From positions 11,151-59,765 of the forward strand of contig CAYWLU010000001.1 in NCBI GenBank assembly GCA_964459435.1: a stretch of 48,615 nt of DNA, in the 5' to 3' direction. Source of the DNA: an uncultured Candidatus Peribacteria bacterium. GTDB taxonomy: Bacteria; Patescibacteriota; Gracilibacteria; UBA4473. The position numbers and the translations under genes are program-made. Below the pieces are notes generated by a model, which did not search any database, was not told the DNA's origin, and was given only the letters and a program-made list of their open reading frames with translations. Positions 31,160 through 39,569 of this stretch are shown piece by piece. Position 1 is the stretch's first letter. Each line of letters opens with the position of its first letter.

Positions 31160-31178
31160 TGGTGGAGCATATCGGATT
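31160..31178 (-). repeat. Partial copy of the tRNA-Ala 3' end (19 nt)
   Basis: tggtggagcatatcggatt is identical to 31400-31418, the 3' acceptor / T-arm half plus CCA of the tRNA, in the same orientation. Confidence 0.85.
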
Positions 31179-31360
31179 ACTCCTTCGCTTCGTTCAGTCG
31201 TTTCACCTCGTTCAAATACTCTGTATTTCTCACTTCTCTATACTCAGTCGCTTCGCTTCTTCGTGACGTCGTCGCACAAAAAGAAAATGCCTACAGCGTT
31301 TTCTTTTTTTAGTTCCTTGTATCGAACCTTTTTCGGTTCTCATACAAAACAAAAACCATC

Positions 31361-31392
31361 TAAAAATCAAAAATACCCACAAGGAGTATTTT
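31361..31392 (-). terminator. Weak AT-rich hairpin plus T-run downstream of tRNA-Ala
   Basis: Minus strand AAAATAC-tccttgtgg-GTATTTT, followed by tgattttta. It shares the TTGTGGGT motif with the tRNA-Arg terminator. Confidence 0.35.
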
Positions 31393-31399
31393 GAATTTT

Positions 31400-31476
31400 T
31401 GGTGGAGCATATCGGATTCGAACCGATGGCCTCATGCATGCCATGCATGCGCTCTAACCAGCTGAGCTAATGCCCC
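31400..31476 (-). tRNA. tRNA-Ala (anticodon GGC), CCA encoded
   Basis: The reverse complement GGGGCAT-TA-GCTC-AGCTGGTTA-GAGC-G-CATGC-ATGGCAT-GCATG-AGGCC-ATCGG-TTCGAAT-CCGAT-ATGCTCC-A-CCA folds as a cloverleaf. The G3:U70 Ala identity pair is present. Confidence 0.95.
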
Positions 31477-31594
31477 GTCGTCGCTAGGTGACTTCATTGC
31501 TTTCGTGAATTGCTCCGCAATTAACTCAGCTTATTCCGTCACCGCTCCTCTTCGCTCAAATGGAGATTCTCGAACTCATTATGCCCTTTTTAAA
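31477..31594 (-). ncRNA. Candidate structured GC-rich leader upstream of tRNA-Ala (homologous to the tRNA-Arg leader)
   Basis: The minus strand ends ..GGTGAC..(hairpin AATTGC-gga-GCAATT)..GTCACC-TAGCGACGAC, directly 5' of tRNA position +1. It aligns with 40823-40916. Confidence 0.3.
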
Positions 31595-31623
31595 CCCGGG
31601 TTCAAAATTTCCTAGAACCCGGG
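31595..31623. repeat. Family D palindromic element, intergenic copy (29 nt)
   Basis: CCCGGGTTCAAAATTTCCtAGAACCCGGG is the ribD/ribE 28-mer with one extra T in the loop. Confidence 0.85.
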
Positions 31624-31720
31624 TTAGAAAAGGGATTATTCGTTCTCAACTACCCCATTTTCGCGGGAACAAAAAACAGGAATACTTTAAAAAATTTTCA
31701 AAAAATGTAAACTCCTTCTG

Positions 31721-32287
31721 ATGATTGGATATATAAATGGAACCATAGAAAGAGTGTCAGAAAAAGAAATTTTAGTTCTTACTCAAGGAGGTGTGGGATA
31801 CAGCATTCATCCAGCTGGATCTTTACTTGCTAAATGCAAGAAAGGATTAGAAATTTCAGCAGAAATTCTAACAATTGTCAGAGAAACAGAAATTTCTCTC
31901 TATGGTTTTGGTCATTTAGAAGAAAAAGAACTTTTTACTAAACTAATTTCTGTTTCTGGTATTGGGCCAAAAACAGCTATCCAAATGGTTTCTATCCCCC
32001 CTAGTCAATTTATGACGGCTATAGGAAATGGAGATGTTAGCTTCTTAACCAGAATCCCTGGACTTGGTAAAAAAACAGCAGAAAGATTGATTATAGAACT
32101 CAGAGGAAAAGTCGATTTAAGTAATCAGGAAAACTTAGCAGAAAAAAATCCCGCTATGAGTGAAGCTTTCCAAGCTTTAGAAAATCTAGGATACGATCGT
32201 CACACTATTGGTAAACGCTTAGAAAAAGCCAAAGAATCCTCCACAGCAGAAGAACTAGTTAAATTCTTCTTGAAATCTGGTAACTAA
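31721..32287 (+). CDS. ruvA: Holliday junction DNA helicase subunit RuvA
   Basis: MIGYINGTI...GVGYSI.., with HhH motifs ISVSGIGPKTA and IPGLGKKTAERLI. Confidence 0.92.
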   Translation: MIGYINGTIERVSEKEILVLTQGGVGYSIHPAGSLLAKCKKGLEISAEILTIVRETEISLYGFGHLEEKELFTKLISVSGIGPKTAIQMVSIPPSQFMTAIGNGDVSFLTRIPGLGKKTAERLIIELRGKVDLSNQENLAEKNPAMSEAFQALENLGYDRHTIGKRLEKAKESSTAEELVKFFLKSGN

Positions 32288-32289
32288 TT

Positions 32290-32556
32290 ATGAAAAAGAT
32301 TCTTCTAGCTCCAGATAATTTTTTAGCCGTTTTTTTTATTAAACTTATTAAGATATACCAAAGAACCGTTTCTCCAGATCATTCAGATCTTGGAAAAACT
32401 CAACCTCTCACTGGTTGTAAATTCTATCCATCTTGTTCTGAGTACGCTATTTTAGTGTTACAAAAACAAGGTTTCTTGTTTGGTCTTCCCAAAATTATAG
32501 GAAGAACTTTTCGTTGCCATCCTTGGAGTAAAGGTGGTGTTGATTTTCCAAAATAA
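32290..32556 (+). CDS. yidD: Membrane protein insertion efficiency factor YidD
   Basis: ..CKFYPSCSEYA...FRCHPWSKGGVDFP.. Confidence 0.85.
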   Translation: MKKILLAPDNFLAVFFIKLIKIYQRTVSPDHSDLGKTQPLTGCKFYPSCSEYAILVLQKQGFLFGLPKIIGRTFRCHPWSKGGVDFPK

Positions 32557-32609
32557 TTTACATTTTCCTCTTTTTCCTCACAATGTTTTCGATTTTCCAA
32601 TTAAAAATC

Positions 32610-32642
32610 TAAGTTCTAAATTCTAAGCTCTAAGTTCTACTC
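32610..32642 (+). repeat. Heptamer array TAA(G/A)(T/C)TC with TAA every 7 nt, ending at the start codon of the M50 protease gene
   Basis: taagttc taaattc taagctc taagttc tactc ATG, with TAA at 32610, 32617, 32624 and 32631. Confidence 0.85.
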
Positions 32643-33524
32643 ATGATTATTCTTTCCATTATCGCTTTCTTACTTATTTTTTCCATCCTTATCATTGTCC
32701 ACGAAGCAGGACACTTCTTTGCCGCCATAAAATCTGGAGTCAAAGTAGAAGAATTTGCTCTAGGAATGGGAAAAAATCTTTGGAAAAAGAAAAGAAATGG
32801 AGTGGAATATACTATTAATGCCGTTCCCTTTGGTGGTTTTGTCAGGATGTTAGGAGATGAAAAAAAATCTAACGATCCCCGCAGTTTTAATAAAGCTAAT
32901 CTTCCACGAAGAATGTTCATTACTCTTTTTGGAGTAATAATGAACTTCATTCTAGCCATTGTTTGTCTAACTATTCTTTTCACCAACGGTACTAATCCAA
33001 TTCTTATTACCGAAGAAGATGTTGCTCAAGCAGAAGCAGCCGGTCTTCTAGTACTAGGAGAAGAAAACGAAGAAGGAAAAAGAGAGTTTGTAGAACTAAA
33101 ACCTATCCAAAAACCATTTCCAGAGTCACTAGTTTTTGCTACCACAGAAACTTATAGAATATCTAAAGCAGTAATAAAAAAGGCCGCAGAAATTCCAATG
33201 GAAATCATCGAGCATGGTAAATTACCAGAAGGACTAGCAGGCCCAATCGGAATAGCCGAAATTACTCACAAAGTAGTACCCTTAGGAATAATGGCTCTAA
33301 TTAAACTAATGGCCTTACTCTCTATTTCTCTAGGAGTAATTAATCTTATGCCTATTCCCGCTCTAGATGGTGGACGATTTCTCTTTCAATTAGTAGAACT
33401 AGTTACTTGGCACAAAGTTCCAGAAAAATGGGAAAATGCTATACACATGACTGGTTATATTCTTTTAATGCTTCTTTTAGTTGTTATTACTTGGAACGAT
33501 ATCGTAAGGATGTTTTTTTCCTAA
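32643..33524 (+). CDS. Site-2 (M50/RseP-like) membrane metalloprotease
   Basis: HEAGHFFAA zinc motif and NLMPIPALDGG second motif. No obvious PDZ segment. Confidence 0.8.
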   Translation: MIILSIIAFLLIFSILIIVHEAGHFFAAIKSGVKVEEFALGMGKNLWKKKRNGVEYTINAVPFGGFVRMLGDEKKSNDPRSFNKANLPRRMFITLFGVIMNFILAIVCLTILFTNGTNPILITEEDVAQAEAAGLLVLGEENEEGKREFVELKPIQKPFPESLVFATTETYRISKAVIKKAAEIPMEIIEHGKLPEGLAGPIGIAEITHKVVPLGIMALIKLMALLSISLGVINLMPIPALDGGRFLFQLVELVTWHKVPEKWENAIHMTGYILLMLLLVVITWNDIVRMFFS

Positions 33525-33618
33525 GAAATCTCAAAAATGAAAAAGCTAAAAATATTTTTTTGCTTTTCGACTTTTAAACTTTTTAACTTTTGAGCTTTTA
33601 AACTTGTCAGCTTTCCAT

Positions 33619-33646
33619 TTGACAATTACCTTCCCCTCACTACAAT
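33619..33646 (+). promoter_or_regulatory. Sigma70-type promoter for rplY (TTGACA, 16 nt, TACAAT)
   Basis: TTGACA at 33619-33624 and TACAAT at 33641-33646. The predicted leader to the ATG at 33668 is about 15 nt and has no Shine-Dalgarno. Confidence 0.5.
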
Positions 33647-33667
33647 CGCTCGGCTTTTACATTGAAT

Positions 33668-34351
33668 ATGAATCAACAAACTTTTGCCCTTTCCGCTCAA
33701 AAACGAGAATCTCATCGACATTCTGCTCGAGAAACTAGAAATGAAAACCGTGTTCCAGCTGTTGTTTATGGTCCTGGACACGAACCTGTTTCTGTTTCAG
33801 TAGATAATTCCGATATTCTTCGTACTTACCGATCTGCTGGAAAATCCGCTCTTATTGATTTAGATATTGATGGAAAAAATACAAAGGTATTAATACAAGA
33901 AATAAGCTTACATCCTGTGCAAAATACTATTTATCATGTTGATTTCTACGCTGTAAATTTAAAGAATAAAACAAATATTGATGTTCCTCTTAACTTTGTG
34001 GGAGAATCTAATGCTCTCAAGAACCTAGGAGCATTATTCATGAAAGAAAACGAAATTGTAGAAATTAAATGTCTGCCTTCAGAAATACCTTCAGAAATTA
34101 ATGTAGATATTGTTAAGCTGGAGAACGTTGGAGACCAAATAATGATTAAAGATTTGGATATTGATCGCGAAAAATATGAAATTTTAACAGACGAAGAAAC
34201 TCTTATTTGTTATGCAGTTGCCCCTAAAGAAGAAGTTATTGAAGACAAGGCACCAGAAGGAATTGAAGGAGCAGATGGAACAGAAGAAAAAGAAGGAGAA
34301 GATAAAAAAGAAGAAAGTGGTAATGACAAAAAAGAAGAAAAATCTGAATAA
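33668..34351 (+). CDS. rplY: 50S ribosomal protein L25 / general stress protein Ctc
   Basis: ..RNENRVPAVVYGPGHEP.. N-terminal domain, a Ctc-type second domain, and an acidic/lysine tail. ATG at 33668 is preferred over TTG at 33662. Confidence 0.88.
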   Translation: MNQQTFALSAQKRESHRHSARETRNENRVPAVVYGPGHEPVSVSVDNSDILRTYRSAGKSALIDLDIDGKNTKVLIQEISLHPVQNTIYHVDFYAVNLKNKTNIDVPLNFVGESNALKNLGALFMKENEIVEIKCLPSEIPSEINVDIVKLENVGDQIMIKDLDIDREKYEILTDEETLICYAVAPKEEVIEDKAPEGIEGADGTEEKEGEDKKEESGNDKKEEKSE

Positions 34352-34367
34352 GGACCTAAAACTTAAA

Positions 34368-35171
34368 ATGACCAAAAACTCTATGAAATTCTGTTTAGAT
34401 GGTGAGTTTTTTGATTCTCCAGAAGAATCTGGCATTGATGTTAACAAGGAAGAGATTACTAATCCTTCTGTTTTCGAAACTTTGAGAACCTATGATTCCC
34501 ATAATATTTTTGCCGTAGAAGAACATTTAAAAAGACTGTTTAAATCTGCTGAAATATTAAACATCACTCCTTATGCAACGCAAAAAACAATAGAAGAATC
34601 ACTAGAAAAAATTGTAAAAGCAAATTTTTCCCTTTCTTTTGATTTACGCATAAAAATTCTATTAACTAAAGATTACTTTTGGATTAACACCCAAAAATTA
34701 ATTTCTGCTCCAGAAAAAATCTATACCCAGGGTGTAGAAGTTAGAAGTGAAACTTTTGAACGCCCTAATTCAAAAGCAAAATATTCTAGCCCCAAATATC
34801 TATCTTTTATGGAATCACTCCGAAAAGAAGAATTTGAAATAATCTTTTTTGATAACAAAAACTTCTTACGAGAAGGAAATATTTCTAATGTCTTCGCTGT
34901 ATTTGGTAATACTATAGTTACCCCAGAAGAAAGAGTCCTGCACGGAATAACTCGTAAGAAAATTACAGAGCTAATCAAGAAAGATAAAAATTTAACTCTA
35001 GAACAAAGAGAAATTCATCAAGATGAACTACAAAAAGCAGATGAGATATTTCTTACTAATACCACCAAAGAAATTGTCCCTGTAAGGAAATGGGGGAAAT
35101 GGGAAAGACAAGATTTTACAGTTGCACAGGAACTACGGAGAAAATTTCAAAAGAGTTTCGTTATATTATAA
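34368..35171 (+). CDS. Class IV (fold type IV) aminotransferase, BCAT / D-Ala aminotransferase / ADC-lyase-like
   Basis: ..REGNISNVFAVFGNTIVTPEERVLHGITRKKI.. matches the class IV signature. ATG at 34368 (or 34383) lies after the rplY stop; the listed 34212 start is a Lys-rich overlap artefact. Confidence 0.7.
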   Translation: MTKNSMKFCLDGEFFDSPEESGIDVNKEEITNPSVFETLRTYDSHNIFAVEEHLKRLFKSAEILNITPYATQKTIEESLEKIVKANFSLSFDLRIKILLTKDYFWINTQKLISAPEKIYTQGVEVRSETFERPNSKAKYSSPKYLSFMESLRKEEFEIIFFDNKNFLREGNISNVFAVFGNTIVTPEERVLHGITRKKITELIKKDKNLTLEQREIHQDELQKADEIFLTNTTKEIVPVRKWGKWERQDFTVAQELRRKFQKSFVIL

Positions 35172-35173
35172 TA
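35161..35173. repeat. ATATTATAAT-family AT palindrome (imperfect) overlapping the aminotransferase stop
   Basis: ttatattataata, with the TAA stop at 35169-35171 inside it. Confidence 0.6.
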
Positions 35174-35174
35174 G

Positions 35175-35194
35175 ATCCCGACCTTCGTCGGGAT
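35175..35194. terminator. GC hairpin ATCCCGAC-cttc-GTCGGGAT between convergent genes
   Basis: Perfect 8-bp stem with a 4-nt loop, but no clear U-run on either side. It resembles the GATCCCG...CGGGAT hairpin module of family B. Confidence 0.4.
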
Positions 35195-35251
35195 AACACA
35201 TTCTTCCGATTCACTTCGTCATTTTATTCCTCATTCATCGCAAGTGCAGTG

Positions 35252-37051
35252 TTAGCTTTCCATAAACTTCTCAATCTCTGCCTTAGAGACTCTTCTTGGC
35301 ATAGCTCTTTTCCTTTCTGATATTTGTCCTCTCATCTTAAAAAACTTCCACCATTCAGCTAAAAGTTCTGTTTCAAAAACAAAAAGATATAAGAAAATTT
35401 TAAAGTTATAAAAGAAAGTAGCGCCTCTAACTTTTGTAGAAAAATCTTCTGAAAAATTCTTTTCCAATAAAATCTGATGATTGAGATACGAAAGTCTATT
35501 GATAGCTTTTGGTTTCTTGGATCTGTTCCGCAATATATCTAAAGGTTTTCGTCCCAACGCAGTTACTGTTCGGTCATGATAGGAAACAGCGTGAGGAATA
35601 TAATGACATTTCCAACCAGCCCACTGTAAACGATAAGCTAAATCCACATCCTCTTTATACATAAACATAGACTCATCAAAATATTCTTTTATCCCTTCTT
35701 CATTAACAAAAGCCGTATCCTCTAAAGCCTTTCTACGATACATAACAGCTGCTCCAGAAATACCAAAAACTTCTTTCGGCGAATCAAATTGACCACAATC
35801 TACTTCTCCCTGACCAATATCCTCAAAACGATGTGATTTAAGAATTCTTAGTCCAACTGAATCTAAAAAATTAGTCTTCCCCATTTCCCTTGTTCCCTTT
35901 AGACCTTTATTAAAAGACTCAAAATCCCATCGTTTAATCTTTCCTCCAGATGATCCATAAATTGGTTTCTGTTCTATAGATTTAAGAAGTTCAGCAATAA
36001 AATTGGGTTCAAAAATCATGTCCGCATTTACACAAGCATAAAAATCACTTTCCGTATTACGCAAAATTTCATTATGAGACTTAGCAAAGCCTAAATTCTC
36101 CAAAGATTCAATAATACGAATTGTTTTAAACTGCTCTTCAATAATATCAATCGTGTGATCAGCCGAATTATTATCCAAAACCACAATCTCTAAATTATCA
36201 TAATCTTGTCCTAACAGTGAAGTTAAACAAGGTTCGATATATTTTTCAGAATCATGAGTCAGTATCCCAATAGTTACTTTTGGTACATGACGAGAAAAAC
36301 TAAGATCTGCTAGTTGTGGACGCCTAGCTCTAATCTTGTCTGGATCAAATGCTTCTTGAGCTAAAATAGAAGCTTCTAATAAAGATTCATGGGTTCCAGC
36401 ATCTACCCACATCCCATTGACTTCACTAGCCTTCAGCAAACCTTTTTGTAAATAAATATCATTAACATCTGTAATTTCTAACTCTCCCCTTTTAGAAGGC
36501 TCTAATGTTCTAATAAAACCAAAAACCTGAGTATCATATAAATAGAATCCCGTTTGAGCTAAATCTGATTTTGGAATAGATGGCTTCTCTTCCAAAGATT
36601 TAACTATTCCGTCTTCATTCATCTCCACTACTCCAAAACGAGAAGCGTCTTCCACTTTCTTTACAAAAATCTTAGCCCCTTCATTAAAGTAATGAACCTC
36701 TTCCATAAAAGCATCCTCAAAAATATTATCCGACAAAATCACAGCAATTGGTTCACTTCCTGCAAATTCTTCAGCCAAACTAAGTGCTTGAGCAATTCCA
36801 CCCGAACCATCCTGAATCCGATAAGTAAAACTAACACCCAAATCAGAACCTGAACCAAGTAAGGCCATAAAATCTCCAGCATGTTCCGAACCAGTAACAA
36901 TTAGAATCTCCCGTATTCCAGATCGCTTAAGCGTATCTATTGGATAATGGATCATTGGGCGATTAAAAACTGGCAACAAATGCTTATTTGTTACTTTTGT
37001 ACTAGGGAAAAGTCTTTCCCCTACTCCACCAGCTAAAATTACTCCTTTCAT
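35252..37051 (-). CDS. Fusion protein: sugar-1-phosphate nucleotidylyltransferase (RmlA-like) plus family 2 glycosyltransferase
   Basis: N-terminus MKGVILAGGVGERLFPSTKVTNKHLLPV (GXGXR nucleotidyltransferase). The C-terminal half has ..VTIGILTHDSEKYI..VVLDNNSAD..YKEDVDL.. (GT2). ATG at 37051 is preferred. Confidence 0.8.
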   Translation of the reverse strand: MKGVILAGGVGERLFPSTKVTNKHLLPVFNRPMIHYPIDTLKRSGIREILIVTGSEHAGDFMALLGSGSDLGVSFTYRIQDGSGGIAQALSLAEEFAGSEPIAVILSDNIFEDAFMEEVHYFNEGAKIFVKKVEDASRFGVVEMNEDGIVKSLEEKPSIPKSDLAQTGFYLYDTQVFGFIRTLEPSKRGELEITDVNDIYLQKGLLKASEVNGMWVDAGTHESLLEASILAQEAFDPDKIRARRPQLADLSFSRHVPKVTIGILTHDSEKYIEPCLTSLLGQDYDNLEIVVLDNNSADHTIDIIEEQFKTIRIIESLENLGFAKSHNEILRNTESDFYACVNADMIFEPNFIAELLKSIEQKPIYGSSGGKIKRWDFESFNKGLKGTREMGKTNFLDSVGLRILKSHRFEDIGQGEVDCGQFDSPKEVFGISGAAVMYRRKALEDTAFVNEEGIKEYFDESMFMYKEDVDLAYRLQWAGWKCHYIPHAVSYHDRTVTALGRKPLDILRNRSKKPKAINRLSYLNHQILLEKNFSEDFSTKVRGATFFYNFKIFLYLFVFETELLAEWWKFFKMRGQISERKRAMPRRVSKAEIEKFMES

Positions 37052-37196
37052 AATATGTGCATTTTGCCATTTTTTCAAAAAAAACAAAGTCTTTTTTCAA
37101 AAAAAAGGATATTTCGTCAATATTTTGATATTTAAGAAGCCTATATCCCCTAAAATACTTGTAAAATAGGGGCAAAACTGGTATAATCAGGAGAAG

Positions 37197-39527
37197 ATGA
37201 AAAAGTTTGTACAGTATCTTATTGGATTTGGATTGGCCTTCTTGGTCTTTGCCGCCATTCTTGTATCAGAAAACTCCCGTTTTGATTTATTACAAAAGGT
37301 AAAAAACCCGTTTTTAGAATCACAACGATTAACTGAAGAAATAATTATTCCAAAAGAAGAATCAAGCAGAAAAATATTTACTCCCGAAGGAGAATTTTGG
37401 ATTTTTTTTCCTGAATCTAAAATAGATTTTAAAGATGGAAACCGTGAAATTATCCAAGGAGAAATTTTCTTGAGCTCTTATTTTATTAATTACAAAAGCT
37501 ATCTACCAGATCCAAAAAACGGTTTCTCTTTAAAAGATTTTACACCAGTTCCTGGTTGGCTAAAAATCGGTCCACTAGTTCTAAATGCCTCTGGGTCTAA
37601 CATCTTTGTAGTTCGTGATTCCATTAAAAACCAATCCGAAATATATGCTTTCAGTAATTCTGTGGAAGTGTTTTTTGAAGGATTAAATTACCCTTTTGTT
37701 ATTCCATCCGGTATGAAGGCCACTATTAAAGAAAAAATAATTACTCCTAAAACACAATCTCTTTTCTATTCTAAACTAAAAAAAGATTTCAGAATGGAGC
37801 CATTCCTTTTGTCTGATCTTGAACAAGAAGACAATCCCTCAGAGAAAAAATTCAAGACATCTCTAGAACAACTTGAAGATCTCAAAATTCAAATTACCAA
37901 TTTTGCTCTAATAGAGCCAGAAACTTGGCTTAATTCTTCTCAAGATAATTTCTTTAATAGCTTGATAACCATTATCCAAAATATTCAAAATAATTTTGCT
38001 ATAGGTTTATCTCCCGATGTCCGCGACAAAAGAAGTTTTCAAAAACTCATCAGCCCTTTTGTGAAAAGTCATTTTTTCATAAAAAATCGAAAAATATCTT
38101 TAGCCAAAAAATCTCTCGAAGAATTTGAAAAATCTCTCCGAAATCCTGACTGGAAAAGAATCCTCAATCGTAATATTCCTTTAGAAAACCAATGGAATAA
38201 TTTTATTCAGGCCCATCAAGCTTGGTTAAAAATTATCATACCAGGTTCTAATGAAGAAATTCTCGTTAATTTTTGGTTTAAACAAAGTTCAAATAGTTTT
38301 TTTGATGAAATCATTAAAACCTTTTCAAATGCTGAGAACTTGCTTTCTAATAATTATTTGCGTAAAGCTAAAAACGAATTTTCAAAACTAAATACCAGCT
38401 TAAAAAAAGTTAACCTAACCCCAGAACAATCTTTTCGAATAACAAAAATGCGTCGGCTTTTTGTAGAAATATTAAAGAGAGAAAGTTTTTTCCAAACCGA
38501 AGAATTGTTCAATTTATATAAACTTTTTATTGAACTTGAACTTAAAAATCACCTAGAAATAGAATTTCTAGATGAAGTTCGTCTGGAATCTAGTCAAGAT
38601 TTATTATGGTTCTTAAGTACTTTTTTAGAAGATAAAACTAAAATCGAAATCTCTAAAATCATACTTCAAACTTATAAAATATTAGAGACAGACGAAGTTG
38701 TTAAAAAACTTGGTAGAGATATTTTTACTCCTGAAGAAAGCGAGTTAATAAACTTAATTACTCTTATTGGTAATACTGGCTTAACTAAAGAAGAGCTTGA
38801 TACCATAAAATTAGCTAAAAAATATGAAGAAGAACTTGATGAACGAATAACCGAAATCCAACAAAAACAAGACCAACCTGATACTTCTGAAAATAAGATT
38901 TCTACTCAAATCATGAATGCCAAAGATTTAAAAAGAGCCTTTGCTGACCAAGGAATAGATACTAGTAAGATGAATTTTAAAACTAATCGAGAAGAAGGTT
39001 TCACTGAATTTTCAGAAGGAAAATGGCGAAAGGTTTCTATCTCCGGAATTTTTGATTTTACGACTCAGTTTTTTAAAACTATTCAAGCCGGAGATTCTTT
39101 TCAAGAACAAATTCCTCTCCGTTTTATAACAGGATTCCTTAATAAAGTTTCTGATAAAAAAATTACTTCTCTTCCAGAAGAAGATTTATCAGAAAATAAA
39201 ATTTTCATCTCCCAAACAACCCCACGATCTATTTTAGAAAGAAAATTAGTCCAAGAACTTTTTAGCCTCAAGGGTTTTTCTATTTCTAGGGAAGATATAA
39301 AAATCATAGACGGAGAAATTAAAGTATTTTTAATAAAAAAAGCCATCCTAAACAGAGTACATAAATTTAATTTTACCTATGATCGTTCAGATAATTCAGT
39401 AAAAAATGTTACTACCAAAATAGGCAAAAGCAATGTTGATTGGGGTTCTAGAATCTTTGAATTAGAAAATTTAGCTGAAACTCTGAAACAAGAAATTGAA
39501 GTCTTATCAGAAAAAAAGCAATATTGA
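37197..39527 (+). CDS. Large membrane-anchored hypothetical protein (776 aa)
   Basis: Long ATG ORF with one N-terminal TM helix (LIGFGLAFLVFAAILV). The rest is Lys/Glu/Asn-rich with no recognisable domain. Confidence 0.6.
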   Translation: MKKFVQYLIGFGLAFLVFAAILVSENSRFDLLQKVKNPFLESQRLTEEIIIPKEESSRKIFTPEGEFWIFFPESKIDFKDGNREIIQGEIFLSSYFINYKSYLPDPKNGFSLKDFTPVPGWLKIGPLVLNASGSNIFVVRDSIKNQSEIYAFSNSVEVFFEGLNYPFVIPSGMKATIKEKIITPKTQSLFYSKLKKDFRMEPFLLSDLEQEDNPSEKKFKTSLEQLEDLKIQITNFALIEPETWLNSSQDNFFNSLITIIQNIQNNFAIGLSPDVRDKRSFQKLISPFVKSHFFIKNRKISLAKKSLEEFEKSLRNPDWKRILNRNIPLENQWNNFIQAHQAWLKIIIPGSNEEILVNFWFKQSSNSFFDEIIKTFSNAENLLSNNYLRKAKNEFSKLNTSLKKVNLTPEQSFRITKMRRLFVEILKRESFFQTEELFNLYKLFIELELKNHLEIEFLDEVRLESSQDLLWFLSTFLEDKTKIEISKIILQTYKILETDEVVKKLGRDIFTPEESELINLITLIGNTGLTKEELDTIKLAKKYEEELDERITEIQQKQDQPDTSENKISTQIMNAKDLKRAFADQGIDTSKMNFKTNREEGFTEFSEGKWRKVSISGIFDFTTQFFKTIQAGDSFQEQIPLRFITGFLNKVSDKKITSLPEEDLSENKIFISQTTPRSILERKLVQELFSLKGFSISREDIKIIDGEIKVFLIKKAILNRVHKFNFTYDRSDNSVKNVTTKIGKSNVDWGSRIFELENLAETLKQEIEVLSEKKQY

Positions 39528-39569
39528 CGAATGAAAGTCTCTAGTTAGAATCGACCGGTAAAATCAAAC

